A stretch of 56,285 nucleotides of DNA from contig JBJFGS010000027.1 of the NCBI GenBank assembly GCA_051892935.1, positions 1 through 56,285 of the forward strand. The letters are read 5' to 3'. The stretch comes from Candidatus Coprovivens sp. Its GTDB lineage: Bacteria; Bacillota_I; Bacilli_A; RF39; UBA660. The stretch's first letter is position 1, and every line of letters begins with the position of its first letter. Positions 39,008 to 48,195 of the stretch are shown piece by piece. A program made the position numbers and the translations under genes. A model generated the notes under the pieces. That model had not been told where the DNA came from. It did not search any database and saw only the letters and a program-made list of their open reading frames with translations.

Positions 39008-39875
39008 TATTTGGAATCCATGGCACGGTTGTAGAAAGAAGAGCGAGGGATGTCAACATTGTTATATGTTTTATTTAGATAGTAAACATGATAATAAGAT
39101 TCCAAGTGACAAAGTATATCGTACTAATAATTTTAATTATCCTTTGCAAAGAAATAGAAATGGTGAATTTAAAGTAAAATCTGGTGAGCAATTAAGAGTT
39201 TGTATGACTAGTGATTTTTTTATTGAGGAAGCCGATGAGTGGAGAATGGAAGCTTGGGATATAATAAGACAAAGAAAAGATGTTGTATTTTTTATTCTTA
39301 CCAAGAGACCAGAGAGGGTTAGAGATTTACTTCCAAGTGATTGGGATGATGGATATGAAAATGTCTTATTTAATGTTACGTGTGAAAATCAGGAGCGTGC
39401 TGATGAAAGAATACCTATTTTATTAGAATTGCCTTTTAAGCATAAGGGAATTATGTGTGCTCCATTTATTGGAGAAGTTAAGATAGATAAGTATCTTGAT
39501 ACTGGAAAAATAGAGCAAGTCATTGTGGGTGGTGAAAACTATGATGGGGCTAGACCATGTAATTTTGACTGGGTTGTCTCTTTATATCTATCTTGTAAAA
39601 AAAGAGATATTACTTTTGCATTTATTGAAACTGGTAGTGTTTTTATAAAGGATGAGAAAACTTATAATCTTCCTAATAAGGATATTCAAAGTATAATGGC
39701 ATTTAAATCTGGATTAAATTTCGAAGGAAAGAAGATAGATTTTAAGTTATATGATGAGTTTTATAATTTAATAAGTGAAGAATTATTATATAAACCGACA
39801 TTTAGAGATAAGTGTGCTAGTTGTGGAAGTAAGATTATTTGTAACGGATGTAGTAGTTGTGGTAAATGTAAATAA
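39000..39875 (+). CDS. DUF5131 (Gp37Gp68-like, radical-SAM-related) protein
   Basis: WNPWHGC.K.SEGC.HCY, SDFF, LTKRPER, GGE, C-terminal CxxC/CxxC. Confidence 0.85.
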   Translation: MHDIWNPWHGCRKKSEGCQHCYMFYLDSKHDNKIPSDKVYRTNNFNYPLQRNRNGEFKVKSGEQLRVCMTSDFFIEEADEWRMEAWDIIRQRKDVVFFILTKRPERVRDLLPSDWDDGYENVLFNVTCENQERADERIPILLELPFKHKGIMCAPFIGEVKIDKYLDTGKIEQVIVGGENYDGARPCNFDWVVSLYLSCKKRDITFAFIETGSVFIKDEKTYNLPNKDIQSIMAFKSGLNFEGKKIDFKLYDEFYNLISEELLYKPTFRDKCASCGSKIICNGCSSCGKCK

Positions 39876-39903
39876 AAATAGCTTTTTATAAAAAGCTATT
39901 TTT
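39874..39903. terminator. Bidirectional terminator between convergent genes
   Basis: Perfect palindrome AAAAATAGCTTTTT-AT-AAAAAGCTATTTTT. Confidence 0.8.
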
Positions 39904-40880
39904 TAATATTCAAAGTATCTCATTATTTTGGAATTTTTAATTAATAATCCTGTTGAATAATCAAGATCTGGTATATATTTATATAAACTATCAATTGATT
40001 GATTTTCATATAAAACCTGATTTATTTTATTAATAATAATTAATGTAGTGTATAAGGATTTATTATATAATTCTTCAAAAGAATAGTTATACTTTAATTC
40101 TGGTAAACTCGGATGATTCCATTCTTTTTTTTCTATATTTAGGTATTTTAAGTTTGGGTGTTTCCGATATGTACTATATGCTGCTATATATCCGAAATGA
40201 TTGAATGATATAAAGTCTAAAAAACTATAAATTAATTTTTTTATACCAAGATAATCATTTATAAATATATTATAAATTATTTTTGCATGTTTTATTGATT
40301 TTTTGTAGTATAATCCTATGTTTTTTTTATTATACGTTTTTTCATAAACGCTATTTATAGTATTTATTAATTCTTGAGATAAAATAGGATTACTTATTAT
40401 TTCTTTTGATACATTGCATTGATTTAGTTTTTTATTTGTATATTTTTCATAGTATATTGCATCTAAATCTTTTTCTATTCTATTATGTTCCCCATGGTAT
40501 TTTTTTGTATCTTTTTCTTTTTTTCTATAGACACCTGTTTTGTAAAAAATATATGGATGGCATGTTGAGTCTAGTACATAATGAGTTATGCTTCCATATA
40601 GATAAGCTATTATCTGGTGATTATTTTCTAAATGGTTGTTTTTTATTTCTTTTACAATATTAATTAAATATTCTTGAGTTTTATTTCTATGTGCATAGTG
40701 ACCAAAATCTTTTATTCTTTTAAAATTTTTTATGTCAAATGTATAATAAAATAGATAATCGTGACTTTGAGCAAATGTATGATATATAGTTAGTTCTTGA
40801 TTGAATTTGTTTAATTCATCGTTTTTTAGATGTTTTAGTACTTCTTTAGAAAACATATGATGTGTAATTAATGATGGCAT
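39903..40880 (-). CDS. Zinc-dependent phospholipase C family protein
   Basis: MP..TH N-terminus, AQSHD, THYVLDSTCHPY, HNRIE..D metal ligands; the only well-supported minus-strand gene. Confidence 0.8.
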   Translation of the reverse strand: MPSLITHHMFSKEVLKHLKNDELNKFNQELTIYHTFAQSHDYLFYYTFDIKNFKRIKDFGHYAHRNKTQEYLINIVKEIKNNHLENNHQIIAYLYGSITHYVLDSTCHPYIFYKTGVYRKKEKDTKKYHGEHNRIEKDLDAIYYEKYTNKKLNQCNVSKEIISNPILSQELINTINSVYEKTYNKKNIGLYYKKSIKHAKIIYNIFINDYLGIKKLIYSFLDFISFNHFGYIAAYSTYRKHPNLKYLNIEKKEWNHPSLPELKYNYSFEELYNKSLYTTLIIINKINQVLYENQSIDSLYKYIPDLDYSTGLLIKNSKIMRYFEY

Positions 40881-40987
40881 TTTATCACCCCTCTTTTTTA
40901 TTATATCATAATGTTAAATTGATAAATATATCGTTTAAATAACTTTTTTTCTATGTTATAATGTTATAGATAATAGGGTGATGCTAA

Positions 40988-41917
40988 GTGATAAAGACAT
41001 TTAAAACTATAGATGAACAAATTGAGATACTGAAAAGTAAAGGTTTAAATATTGATGATATCGATTATGCTAAGAGTGTTCTTTTAAGAGAAAATTATTT
41101 TTTTATAAGTGGCTATAGACATTTGTTTTTAAAATCACCTAAAGATAGAATGTTTATTCCTGGTACAGATTTTAAAGAATTATATGCTTTATTTAATTTT
41201 GATAGACAAATAAGAAATATTTTTTTTAAGAATATATTAATTGTTGAAAACAATGCTAAGAGTATTTTTTCGTATCAGTTATCTAGAAAGTATGGTATTA
41301 AAGAAAAGGATTATTTAAATCCTTCAAATTTTGATAGATCTAGCGATAAATCAAGACAAGTTAATGATTTACTTAAGAAGATTAAAAGACAGATAAGAGT
41401 AAATGGTGGTCAACATTCTGCAACAATGCACTATATGACTAATTATGGCTATGTACCTTTTTGGGTTGTTGTTAAAGTTTTGTCATTTGGTCTTATTTCA
41501 GAATTGTTTACAATTATGAAAAGGGAAGATCAAAAAGATATTGCTGAATTATATGGAATATCTGTTGAATCACTTTTAGTTTATTTACCTATATTAGCTA
41601 ATTTTAGAAATTTGTGTGCTCATGAAGATATTATGTATGATCATAGAACGCAAAGATGTATTGATGATACTAAGTATCATGCTTATTTAAATATTCCTAG
41701 GACTGATGGTGAATATATATATGGAAAAGATGATTTATTTGCTTTAGTTATAATATTAAAACAATTACTGAGTAAAGAAGATTTTACTTTATTAATTAAT
41801 GAATTATCATACGAATTGGATATATTAGATGGTAAGGTTAATACTATAGAGATGGATAAGATACTTGACAGAATGGGAATGCCTAGTAATTTTAGAGAGA
41901 TTGCGAGGTTAGATTGA
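40988..41917 (+). CDS. Abi family (Abi_2/AbiD-AbiF) HEPN RNase-like protein
   Basis: KT.DEQI..L..KGL, NYF...GY, FD..IR, P.W....SFG, HEPN RNLCAH. Confidence 0.85.
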   Translation: MIKTFKTIDEQIEILKSKGLNIDDIDYAKSVLLRENYFFISGYRHLFLKSPKDRMFIPGTDFKELYALFNFDRQIRNIFFKNILIVENNAKSIFSYQLSRKYGIKEKDYLNPSNFDRSSDKSRQVNDLLKKIKRQIRVNGGQHSATMHYMTNYGYVPFWVVVKVLSFGLISELFTIMKREDQKDIAELYGISVESLLVYLPILANFRNLCAHEDIMYDHRTQRCIDDTKYHAYLNIPRTDGEYIYGKDDLFALVIILKQLLSKEDFTLLINELSYELDILDGKVNTIEMDKILDRMGMPSNFREIARLD

Positions 41918-41918
41918 G

Positions 41919-43088
41919 ATGAACTATAATAATCAATTTGATTTCAATTCTTTTTATAATAATAACTCTGTAGCGAATGAATCACAAAAAAATAAAGGGT
42001 CAGTACAATTAGTTGTGATTTTTGTTGTAACAATAGTTATATCTATGATGTTTGGAGCTGGAGGTTTATTTATTGTCTATAAAATTAATCCTGATTTTAT
42101 AAAAACAACTTCTTCAAATGTTACAAAGATGGAAAAAGAAGTAACTGTTACTGATAATGGAATTGCTGATGCTGTAGAAAAGATATATGATTCAGTGGTA
42201 GTTGTTAAGACGTATGTTAGAAATCAAATATATTCTACTGGTACAGGTTTTGTATATAAAAAAAATAATAATCAGTATTATTTATTGACAAATTATCATG
42301 TTATTCAAGATAGTGAAAAAGTTAATGTTGTATTTACTGATGGAAGTGAAGTTACTGTTTCAGTGGCTGGAGGCGACAAATATTCTGATATTGCAGTGTT
42401 AGCTTATAATTCTCCTAAAAGTATTAAAGTTTCAGAAATAGGTAGTAGTGTAGATATGAGAGTTGGAGATACGGTATTTGCTATAGGAGCTCCTTTGGAT
42501 TCGACTGTCTATTCTTGGAGTGTTACTAGAGGAGTATTATCTGGAAAAGATAGAGAAGTTGAAGTTAGTGTAACTAATAGTTATACAACTGATTGGATTA
42601 TGCAAGTATTACAAACAGATGCAGCAATTAATAGTGGTAACTCTGGTGGTCCATTATGTAATAGTAATGGGGAAGTAATAGGTATTACAAATATGAAATT
42701 AATCACTAGTGGAGTAGAAGGTATGGGCTTTGCTATACCAATTGAAGATGCTACTACATATGCAGATAGAATTATTAATGGAGAGGATATGAGCCGTCCT
42801 TATTTAGGTGTTTCAATGGTAGATGCTTCTGTAGAAGCTTATGCAAGACAATTTGGTATATCGCCAACCGAAGGTGTTTTAATTGGTTCTGTTGAAAGTG
42901 GTTCTCCTTCTTCAAAAGCTGGATTAAGGGCTGGAGATGTAATTATTAAAATGGGAGATTCTAAGGTTACTAGTGTTGCTTCTTTAAGGTATGAATTATA
43001 TAAATATAAATCTGGAGATGTAGTAAATGTTACATATTTAAGAAATGGAAGAACGTATGTAACAAGTTTGACTTTAGTTTCAAAATAA
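41919..43088 (+). CDS. htrA: HtrA-like serine protease (TM, trypsin, PDZ)
   Basis: GTG, TNYHV, DIAV, QTDAAINSGNSGG, PDZ domain. Confidence 0.93.
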   Translation: MNYNNQFDFNSFYNNNSVANESQKNKGSVQLVVIFVVTIVISMMFGAGGLFIVYKINPDFIKTTSSNVTKMEKEVTVTDNGIADAVEKIYDSVVVVKTYVRNQIYSTGTGFVYKKNNNQYYLLTNYHVIQDSEKVNVVFTDGSEVTVSVAGGDKYSDIAVLAYNSPKSIKVSEIGSSVDMRVGDTVFAIGAPLDSTVYSWSVTRGVLSGKDREVEVSVTNSYTTDWIMQVLQTDAAINSGNSGGPLCNSNGEVIGITNMKLITSGVEGMGFAIPIEDATTYADRIINGEDMSRPYLGVSMVDASVEAYARQFGISPTEGVLIGSVESGSPSSKAGLRAGDVIIKMGDSKVTSVASLRYELYKYKSGDVVNVTYLRNGRTYVTSLTLVSK

Positions 43089-43114
43089 AAACTGATAAAT
43101 TTTTATCAGTTTTT
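43087..43114 (+). terminator. Terminator after htrA
   Basis: AAAAACTGATAAA-tt-TTTATCAGTTTTT. Confidence 0.7.
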
Positions 43115-43155
43115 ATTATTTATGATATAATACGTTTGAATTTGGGGTGAAAGTT

Positions 43156-44457
43156 ATGAAAATAGGTTTTATTTCTTTGGGGTGTTCAAAAAATTTAGTT
43201 GTTACAGAAGAAATAATAGGATTATTTAAAAAACATAATTATGAGATTGTTGGGGATCCTAGTGAAGCAGAGATAATATTAATTAATACATGTGGATTCA
43301 TCGAAATAGCTAAAGATGAGGGAATTCAAACAATTTTGGAAATGGCTGATTACAAGAAGGATAAATGTAAATATTTGATTGTTACAGGTTGTTTAGTTGA
43401 AAGATATGAGGAAGAACTAAAAAGGGAAATACCAGAAGTTGATTTATTTGTTAGTATTAAAGATTATGATAGTTTATGGGAAAAAGTTGATTCTTTAATT
43501 AATAACGAAAAAATTAGTGATAGTTTTTCTTATAAAAATAGAATTCTTACTACTGGAGATGTTATGGCATATTTGAAGATAGCTGAAGGATGTAGTAATT
43601 ATTGTACTTATTGTGCCATTCCTTATATACAAGGTAAATATATATCTAGAAAATATGAAGATATAATAGATGAAGCTAATTTATTGGCTAAAAAAGGTAT
43701 TCAGGAATTAGTAGTTATTGCACAAGATACTACTAAATATGGTATTGATTTATATGGTAAAAGTAGGTTGGCAGAATTACTTGAAGATTTATGTAAAATA
43801 GATGGTATTAAATGGATAAGATTTTTATATAGTTATCCAGAATCTATTGATGATGAATTAATTAGAGTAGTAAAAGAAAATGAGAAAATATGTAAATATT
43901 TTGATCTACCTATTCAACATATTTCTGATAAAGTTTTAAAGAGAATGAATCGTAAAAGTGATTCCAAAACAATCAAAAAACTAATAAAAAAACTAAGAGA
44001 TGAAATTCCTGATGTAATATTAAGAACAACTTTAATAGTTGGTTTTCCAGGTGAATCTATTGAGGATTTTTATGAATTAGTTGAATTTGTTAAAGAAAGT
44101 AAATTTGACAGATTGGGTGCTTTCGCTTATAGTGCAGAAGATGGAACTCCGGCTGCTAAGTTTGATAATCAAATTGATGAAAGTGTAAAAGAATCCAGAA
44201 GAAAAATTATTATGGAAACTCAACAGAGTGTTAGTTTAAAAAAATTAAAAAGTAAAATAGGAAAGGTATATGAGTGTTTAATAGAAAATATTACAGAAGA
44301 TGGAAAGTTTTATATAGCTAGAAGTTATATGGATGTTCCTTCTGAAGATGGAGTAATATATGTAAAATATGATTCAGAATATATGATTAATGAATTTGTA
44401 AATGTCAAAATAGTTGATTCTAATGAATATGATTTATTTGGCGAATTTTTTGATTAG
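43156..44457 (+). CDS. rimO: Ribosomal protein S12 methylthiotransferase
   Basis: SLGCSKN, NTCGFI, KIAEGCSNYCTYC, TRAM domain. Confidence 0.93.
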   Translation: MKIGFISLGCSKNLVVTEEIIGLFKKHNYEIVGDPSEAEIILINTCGFIEIAKDEGIQTILEMADYKKDKCKYLIVTGCLVERYEEELKREIPEVDLFVSIKDYDSLWEKVDSLINNEKISDSFSYKNRILTTGDVMAYLKIAEGCSNYCTYCAIPYIQGKYISRKYEDIIDEANLLAKKGIQELVVIAQDTTKYGIDLYGKSRLAELLEDLCKIDGIKWIRFLYSYPESIDDELIRVVKENEKICKYFDLPIQHISDKVLKRMNRKSDSKTIKKLIKKLRDEIPDVILRTTLIVGFPGESIEDFYELVEFVKESKFDRLGAFAYSAEDGTPAAKFDNQIDESVKESRRKIIMETQQSVSLKKLKSKIGKVYECLIENITEDGKFYIARSYMDVPSEDGVIYVKYDSEYMINEFVNVKIVDSNEYDLFGEFFD

Positions 44458-44460
44458 TAT

Positions 44461-44514
44461 TTTATGTAAAAAAAAACAAGATTATATTAAGTTCTTGTTT
44501 TTTTGTGCTATAAT
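44461..44514 (+). promoter_or_regulatory. Promoter with TTTATGTAA box and extended -10 (copy 1), overlapping a terminator-like hairpin
   Basis: TTTATGTAA 44461-44469; TGCTATAAT with TATAAT at 44509. Confidence 0.55.
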
Positions 44515-44535
44515 TATAAAAATAGAGGTGAGTTT

Positions 44536-45654
44536 ATGGCAACTGAAGTAACTAGTAAAACACAATTGCAAACAATATCTGGAGATTTAGCGACAAAAAT
44601 AGGATCTTTTAAAAGTGATGTAGATTCTATGAAGTCTACTTTGGATAGTGCTACTGATTATGATGGTATAAATGTAACTGGTCCTGCTAATATATTAAAA
44701 GGTAATTTAGATGCTATAGTAGAAGATTTGAATGCGGTTTCAACTAATATTACAAACTATGCTAATGCAATAGCTGAGTTTGATGTAGATGATTTTGCTG
44801 AAACTATTTTTAGTCAAGATATTATAAAAGATAGTGAAGAGGAAATTCCAGATACGAGTACGGCTACAGATAAAGTTACTACTCTTGAATGGACTGATAA
44901 TCCTACTAATAATTATGGTACTTATAATTTGAATTCAGGTAGTTATTCTAGTGGAGGAAGTTATTCTAGTGGAGGAAGTTATTCTGGTTCTAGCGGTGGT
45001 TCTAGTAGTTCATCATCTTTTGTTACTATAGGTGGTGCGGTAGCTGGAAGTACTGCTGGTAATTCTTATGGTGTTTGGGATCCATCTGAATATGTTGGAG
45101 ATAGCAGGGATATTAGTGGCTCAATGCTTGTTACCCCTAGTGGTAAGACTAGTGTAAATGGAAGAACGCAGCGTTCTGCTTTAAAAAGTTTTACTATAAA
45201 GCCTGGAAAAGCTGATGATCCAAAGATTGATATTTCAAAATATACTAATAATGAAGCAAATGGGTTTAAAGTTACTACCGGTAATTTAACATATGACTTA
45301 TGTGATGAAGATATAGAATTATTATGTGCAATAGTTGCTGCTGAAAGTGATAAGTCATATGATGATGCATTGGCTGTAATGTCGACCATATTAAATAGAT
45401 GTGAAACTTCTAACTGGATTAACTCTCATGGTAGGGATCCAATTGCTCAAGTGACAGCGCCTAATCAATATGTTGTTTATCAACATGGAACTTATGAAAA
45501 ATATATGAATGGAAATGTTCCAGAGGAAGTTAAACAAGCTGTTGCAGATGCATTAGCAGGTGTAAGAAACCATAATTATACTAGTTTTAGATCTAATGGA
45601 TCGACAAGTTATAGTGATAATATGATTACTGAGACTGGTAATAGATATTTATAG
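44536..45654 (+). CDS. WXG-like N-terminal domain, Ser/Gly linker, SleB/Hydrolase_2 cell-wall hydrolase domain
   Basis: About 85-aa two-helix N-terminus with central YDG and IAEFD; C-terminus LLCAIVAAES...AV..TILNR...PNQY matches the SleB pattern with catalytic Glu; no signal peptide. Confidence 0.75.
   Translation: MATEVTSKTQLQTISGDLATKIGSFKSDVDSMKSTLDSATDYDGINVTGPANILKGNLDAIVEDLNAVSTNITNYANAIAEFDVDDFAETIFSQDIIKDSEEEIPDTSTATDKVTTLEWTDNPTNNYGTYNLNSGSYSSGGSYSSGGSYSGSSGGSSSSSSFVTIGGAVAGSTAGNSYGVWDPSEYVGDSRDISGSMLVTPSGKTSVNGRTQRSALKSFTIKPGKADDPKIDISKYTNNEANGFKVTTGNLTYDLCDEDIELLCAIVAAESDKSYDDALAVMSTILNRCETSNWINSHGRDPIAQVTAPNQYVVYQHGTYEKYMNGNVPEEVKQAVADALAGVRNHNYTSFRSNGSTSYSDNMITETGNRYL
44941..44988 (+). 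repeat. 18-bp in-frame tandem repeat (SYSSGG)
   Basis: AGTTATTCTAGTGGAGGA twice plus a partial third copy. Confidence 0.9.
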
Positions 45655-45708
45655 TTTATGTAAAATAAGAATACTGTTATATTCTTATTTTTTTTTGTGT
45701 GTTATAAT
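45655..45708 (+). promoter_or_regulatory. Promoter with TTTATGTAA box and extended -10 (copy 2)
   Basis: TTTATGTAA 45655-45663; TGTTATAAT with TATAAT at 45703. Confidence 0.55.
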
Positions 45709-45731
45709 TAATCTATAATAGAGGTGGTATA

Positions 45732-47132
45732 ATGGCTACGGAAATAACAAGCAAAAGTGAACTAGCTAATTTAACGGTTAAATTAAGCGGTGAATCTACA
45801 GAATTAATTGATTCAAATAATGATTTGAAAGATTCTTTAAGTGGCATATCTAACTATGATGGTATAGATGTTGCTAGTGCTGCAAGTGTATTATCAAATA
45901 ATCTAGCTAATGTATCAAAAGATTTAGAAACAGTTGTTAATAATATAAAAAATTATGTTACGCAAATAACGGGTTTCGATATAGATGATTTTAATGTTAC
46001 TGATATTGAAGATTATTTGTCTGGTGTAGAAGGTGAAACTATTACATTACCTGAAGGATTAGGAGATGTTCATTCATATATGGGATGGCAATGTATTACT
46101 GCCACAAGTTCTAATCAATATAAATTACGTGAAGCAGCTGGAATGAATTTTGATTCTGAAGGTTTTGCAAAAATTGGTGATAGATATGTCGTTGCTACTA
46201 CTACGACATTCGGTAATGTAGGAGACTATATAGATGTTTATCAAGAAGATGGTTCTGTAATAAAATGTATTATAGGCGATATTAAAAATCAGAATGATGC
46301 TGGTTGTACTAAATGGGGACATAATAATGGAGATTGTGTTGTAGAGTTTGTTGTTGATAAAGATTCTTGGTATGGAACAGATAAAACTCCTAATGGGTTA
46401 CATCCTGAGTGGAATCAAAATATTACAAAGATTATTAATAAAGGAAATTATTTTAATTTAATGGATGGTAAAACTAGTACAACTGAAAGTGCTGCTGCTT
46501 CTTTTGATAAGAGTATTAATAAAATAGCTGGAGCTACAGCAGCAACTGCGGCTGCTGCACAAACTGGGGCTTCTCTTTCTGGTTATAGAAATACTAGTAA
46601 TAATAATTATTCTGGGTATTCTTCATCTGGAGAATCTTCATCAGGTGGTGGTTATCAAAGAGTTTCAACTACACCTGTTACTATTACATCAGGTGATCCT
46701 AATATAGATGTTAGTAAGTATCATAATAATATTGAAGCTGGTTTTGAAGTCACTGTTGGTAACTTGGCTTATGATTTAAGTGATGAAGATATAGAATTGC
46801 TTTGCGCAATTGTTGCAGCAGAGAGTGATAAGACTTATGATGATGCGTTAGCTGTTATTACGACAATACTAAATAGATGTGAAGCACCAAATTGGATTAG
46901 AAGTCATGGAACGGATCCAATTGCTCAAGCAACAGCACCAAATCAATTTGTCGTTTATCAACATGGTAGTTATAAAGCATATATGAATGGTAAAGCTCCT
47001 AATACTGTAAAAGAAGCAGTAGCTGATGCATTAGCTGGAGTTAGAAATCATAAATATTTGAGCTTTAGGTCAAATGGTACTACTAGTTATAGTAATAATA
47101 TGATTTCACCGACTGGAAATAGGTATAAATAG
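45732..47132 (+). CDS. WXG-like N-terminal domain, 3D/DPBB-like domain, SleB/Hydrolase_2 domain (paralog of 44536)
   Basis: N-terminus MATEITSK...YDG...ITGFD and C-terminal domain highly similar to upstream gene; extra middle domain GDRYVVA..GDYIDV..CIIGDIK..VEFVVD; no signal peptide. Confidence 0.75.
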   Translation: MATEITSKSELANLTVKLSGESTELIDSNNDLKDSLSGISNYDGIDVASAASVLSNNLANVSKDLETVVNNIKNYVTQITGFDIDDFNVTDIEDYLSGVEGETITLPEGLGDVHSYMGWQCITATSSNQYKLREAAGMNFDSEGFAKIGDRYVVATTTTFGNVGDYIDVYQEDGSVIKCIIGDIKNQNDAGCTKWGHNNGDCVVEFVVDKDSWYGTDKTPNGLHPEWNQNITKIINKGNYFNLMDGKTSTTESAAASFDKSINKIAGATAATAAAAQTGASLSGYRNTSNNNYSGYSSSGESSSGGGYQRVSTTPVTITSGDPNIDVSKYHNNIEAGFEVTVGNLAYDLSDEDIELLCAIVAAESDKTYDDALAVITTILNRCEAPNWIRSHGTDPIAQATAPNQFVVYQHGSYKAYMNGKAPNTVKEAVADALAGVRNHKYLSFRSNGTTSYSNNMISPTGNRYK

Positions 47133-47137
47133 TAAAG

Positions 47138-47191
47138 TTTATGTAAGATTTTATAAAAAAAGATTATTATGTAAAAAGTTAATGATATAAT
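47138..47191 (+). promoter_or_regulatory. Promoter with TTTATGTAA box and extended -10 (copy 3)
   Basis: TTTATGTAA 47138-47146; TGATATAAT with TATAAT at 47186. Confidence 0.55.
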
Positions 47192-47216
47192 GTGGATAGT
47201 AGAGGAGGAAAATTTT

Positions 47217-47528
47217 ATGGCAATAGTTAGTCACAATACTGATTTAATGAGAGATTGGTCTACTAATATGGATGATAAAGCTAGTAATTATGATGAATTA
47301 GTTTCTAGTCTTTATAACCTAGTAAATCAATTCGTAGGTTCTGAAGAATTTAAAGGAGGTTTATCTACTGATTTTGAAGAAAAAGTAGTTAGTCAAAGAC
47401 CTGCTTTCGAAAGGTATTCTTCAACATTTGCTGAATGTACTGAATTAATTCGTAAGACAGCAACTAATATTGATTCTGATGAAGCAGAATTAAAGAGTGC
47501 TATTAATAGTGCTAACCCATTAGGGTAG
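47217..47528 (+). CDS. WXG100-like protein 1 (FKG variant)
   Basis: 103 aa, helix-FKG-helix, C-terminal IDSDE (hxxxE); RBS GAGGAGG. Confidence 0.7.
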   Translation: MAIVSHNTDLMRDWSTNMDDKASNYDELVSSLYNLVNQFVGSEEFKGGLSTDFEEKVVSQRPAFERYSSTFAECTELIRKTATNIDSDEAELKSAINSANPLG

Positions 47529-47557
47529 TTTTATTCGTAAAGTAAGGAGGAATTTAA

Positions 47558-47839
47558 ATGGCAGATGGTATTTTAAAATTAAGTCCAGCTGAGGCTAGAG
47601 CAAAAGCTCAAGAAATGAAAAAGATTGCAGATGAAATGCAAACATTGTTAGAGGATGTTTCTAAGCGTATGGAAGAAGTAGACAATGTTGAAACTGGTAT
47701 GTATCAAGGCGATAATAGACCAGCTCAATTAAGAGCAGAATTAGATGAATTTAGATCTATTTTTAATAATGCTTATGAACAAATTACTAAGTCTTCAAAT
47801 GATATAATTGCAATTGCAAATGTTTCTGAAGCACAATAA
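47558..47839 (+). CDS. WXG100-like protein 2, EsxA-like (YQG variant)
   Basis: 93 aa; LKLSPAEARAKAQ closely resembles S. aureus EsxA IKMSPEEIRAKSQ; central YQG; RBS AAGGAGG. Confidence 0.78.
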   Translation: MADGILKLSPAEARAKAQEMKKIADEMQTLLEDVSKRMEEVDNVETGMYQGDNRPAQLRAELDEFRSIFNNAYEQITKSSNDIIAIANVSEAQ

Positions 47840-47840
47840 T

Positions 47841-47882
47841 AAAAAAAGACTTTTTATAACTTGTTTATAAAAAGATTTTTTT
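47841..47882 (+). terminator. Hairpin/attenuator between the two WXG pairs
   Basis: CTTTTTATAA-cttgt-TTATAAAAAG followed by T7. Confidence 0.55.
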
Positions 47883-47898
47883 CTAGGAGATGAGTTTT

Positions 47899-48189
47899 AT
47901 GGCAGATAAATATGTTCATAGACCAGATGGAGTTGCAGCTGCTGTAACTAAAATGAGATCTTTAATAAGTGATTATAAAGATAAAATAGTAGAAATTACT
48001 AATTTAGTAAATACTATTGAAGGTAGTACATCTTGGAAAGATGCTATAGTTAAAACAGAATTTATAGCAACGTGTAATTCCTATATTCTGGTATATAAAA
48101 ATCTTGCTACTTCGATGGAAAATTATGTAAATTATTTGAGTAGTAAGTCAAGTAGTGGCGAAGAGCTAGAAAGAGCATTTTCGGGGTAA
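47899..48189 (+). CDS. WXG100-like protein 3 (WKD variant)
   Basis: 96 aa, amphipathic helices around central SWKD, C-terminal EELERAFS. Confidence 0.68.
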   Translation: MADKYVHRPDGVAAAVTKMRSLISDYKDKIVEITNLVNTIEGSTSWKDAIVKTEFIATCNSYILVYKNLATSMENYVNYLSSKSSSGEELERAFSG

Positions 48190-48195
48190 TTGATT

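Noticed and set aside
38988-39875. DUF5131 as evidence of phage DNA
   Set aside because: The family is common on Firmicute chromosomes and there are no flanking phage genes
560-46322. Short minus-strand or out-of-frame ORFs in the track (e.g. 560-769, 2096-2329, 15273-15617, 38158-38613, 40406-40663, 45066-45389)
   Set aside because: Shadow ORFs overlapping well-supported genes, with no motifs or RBS
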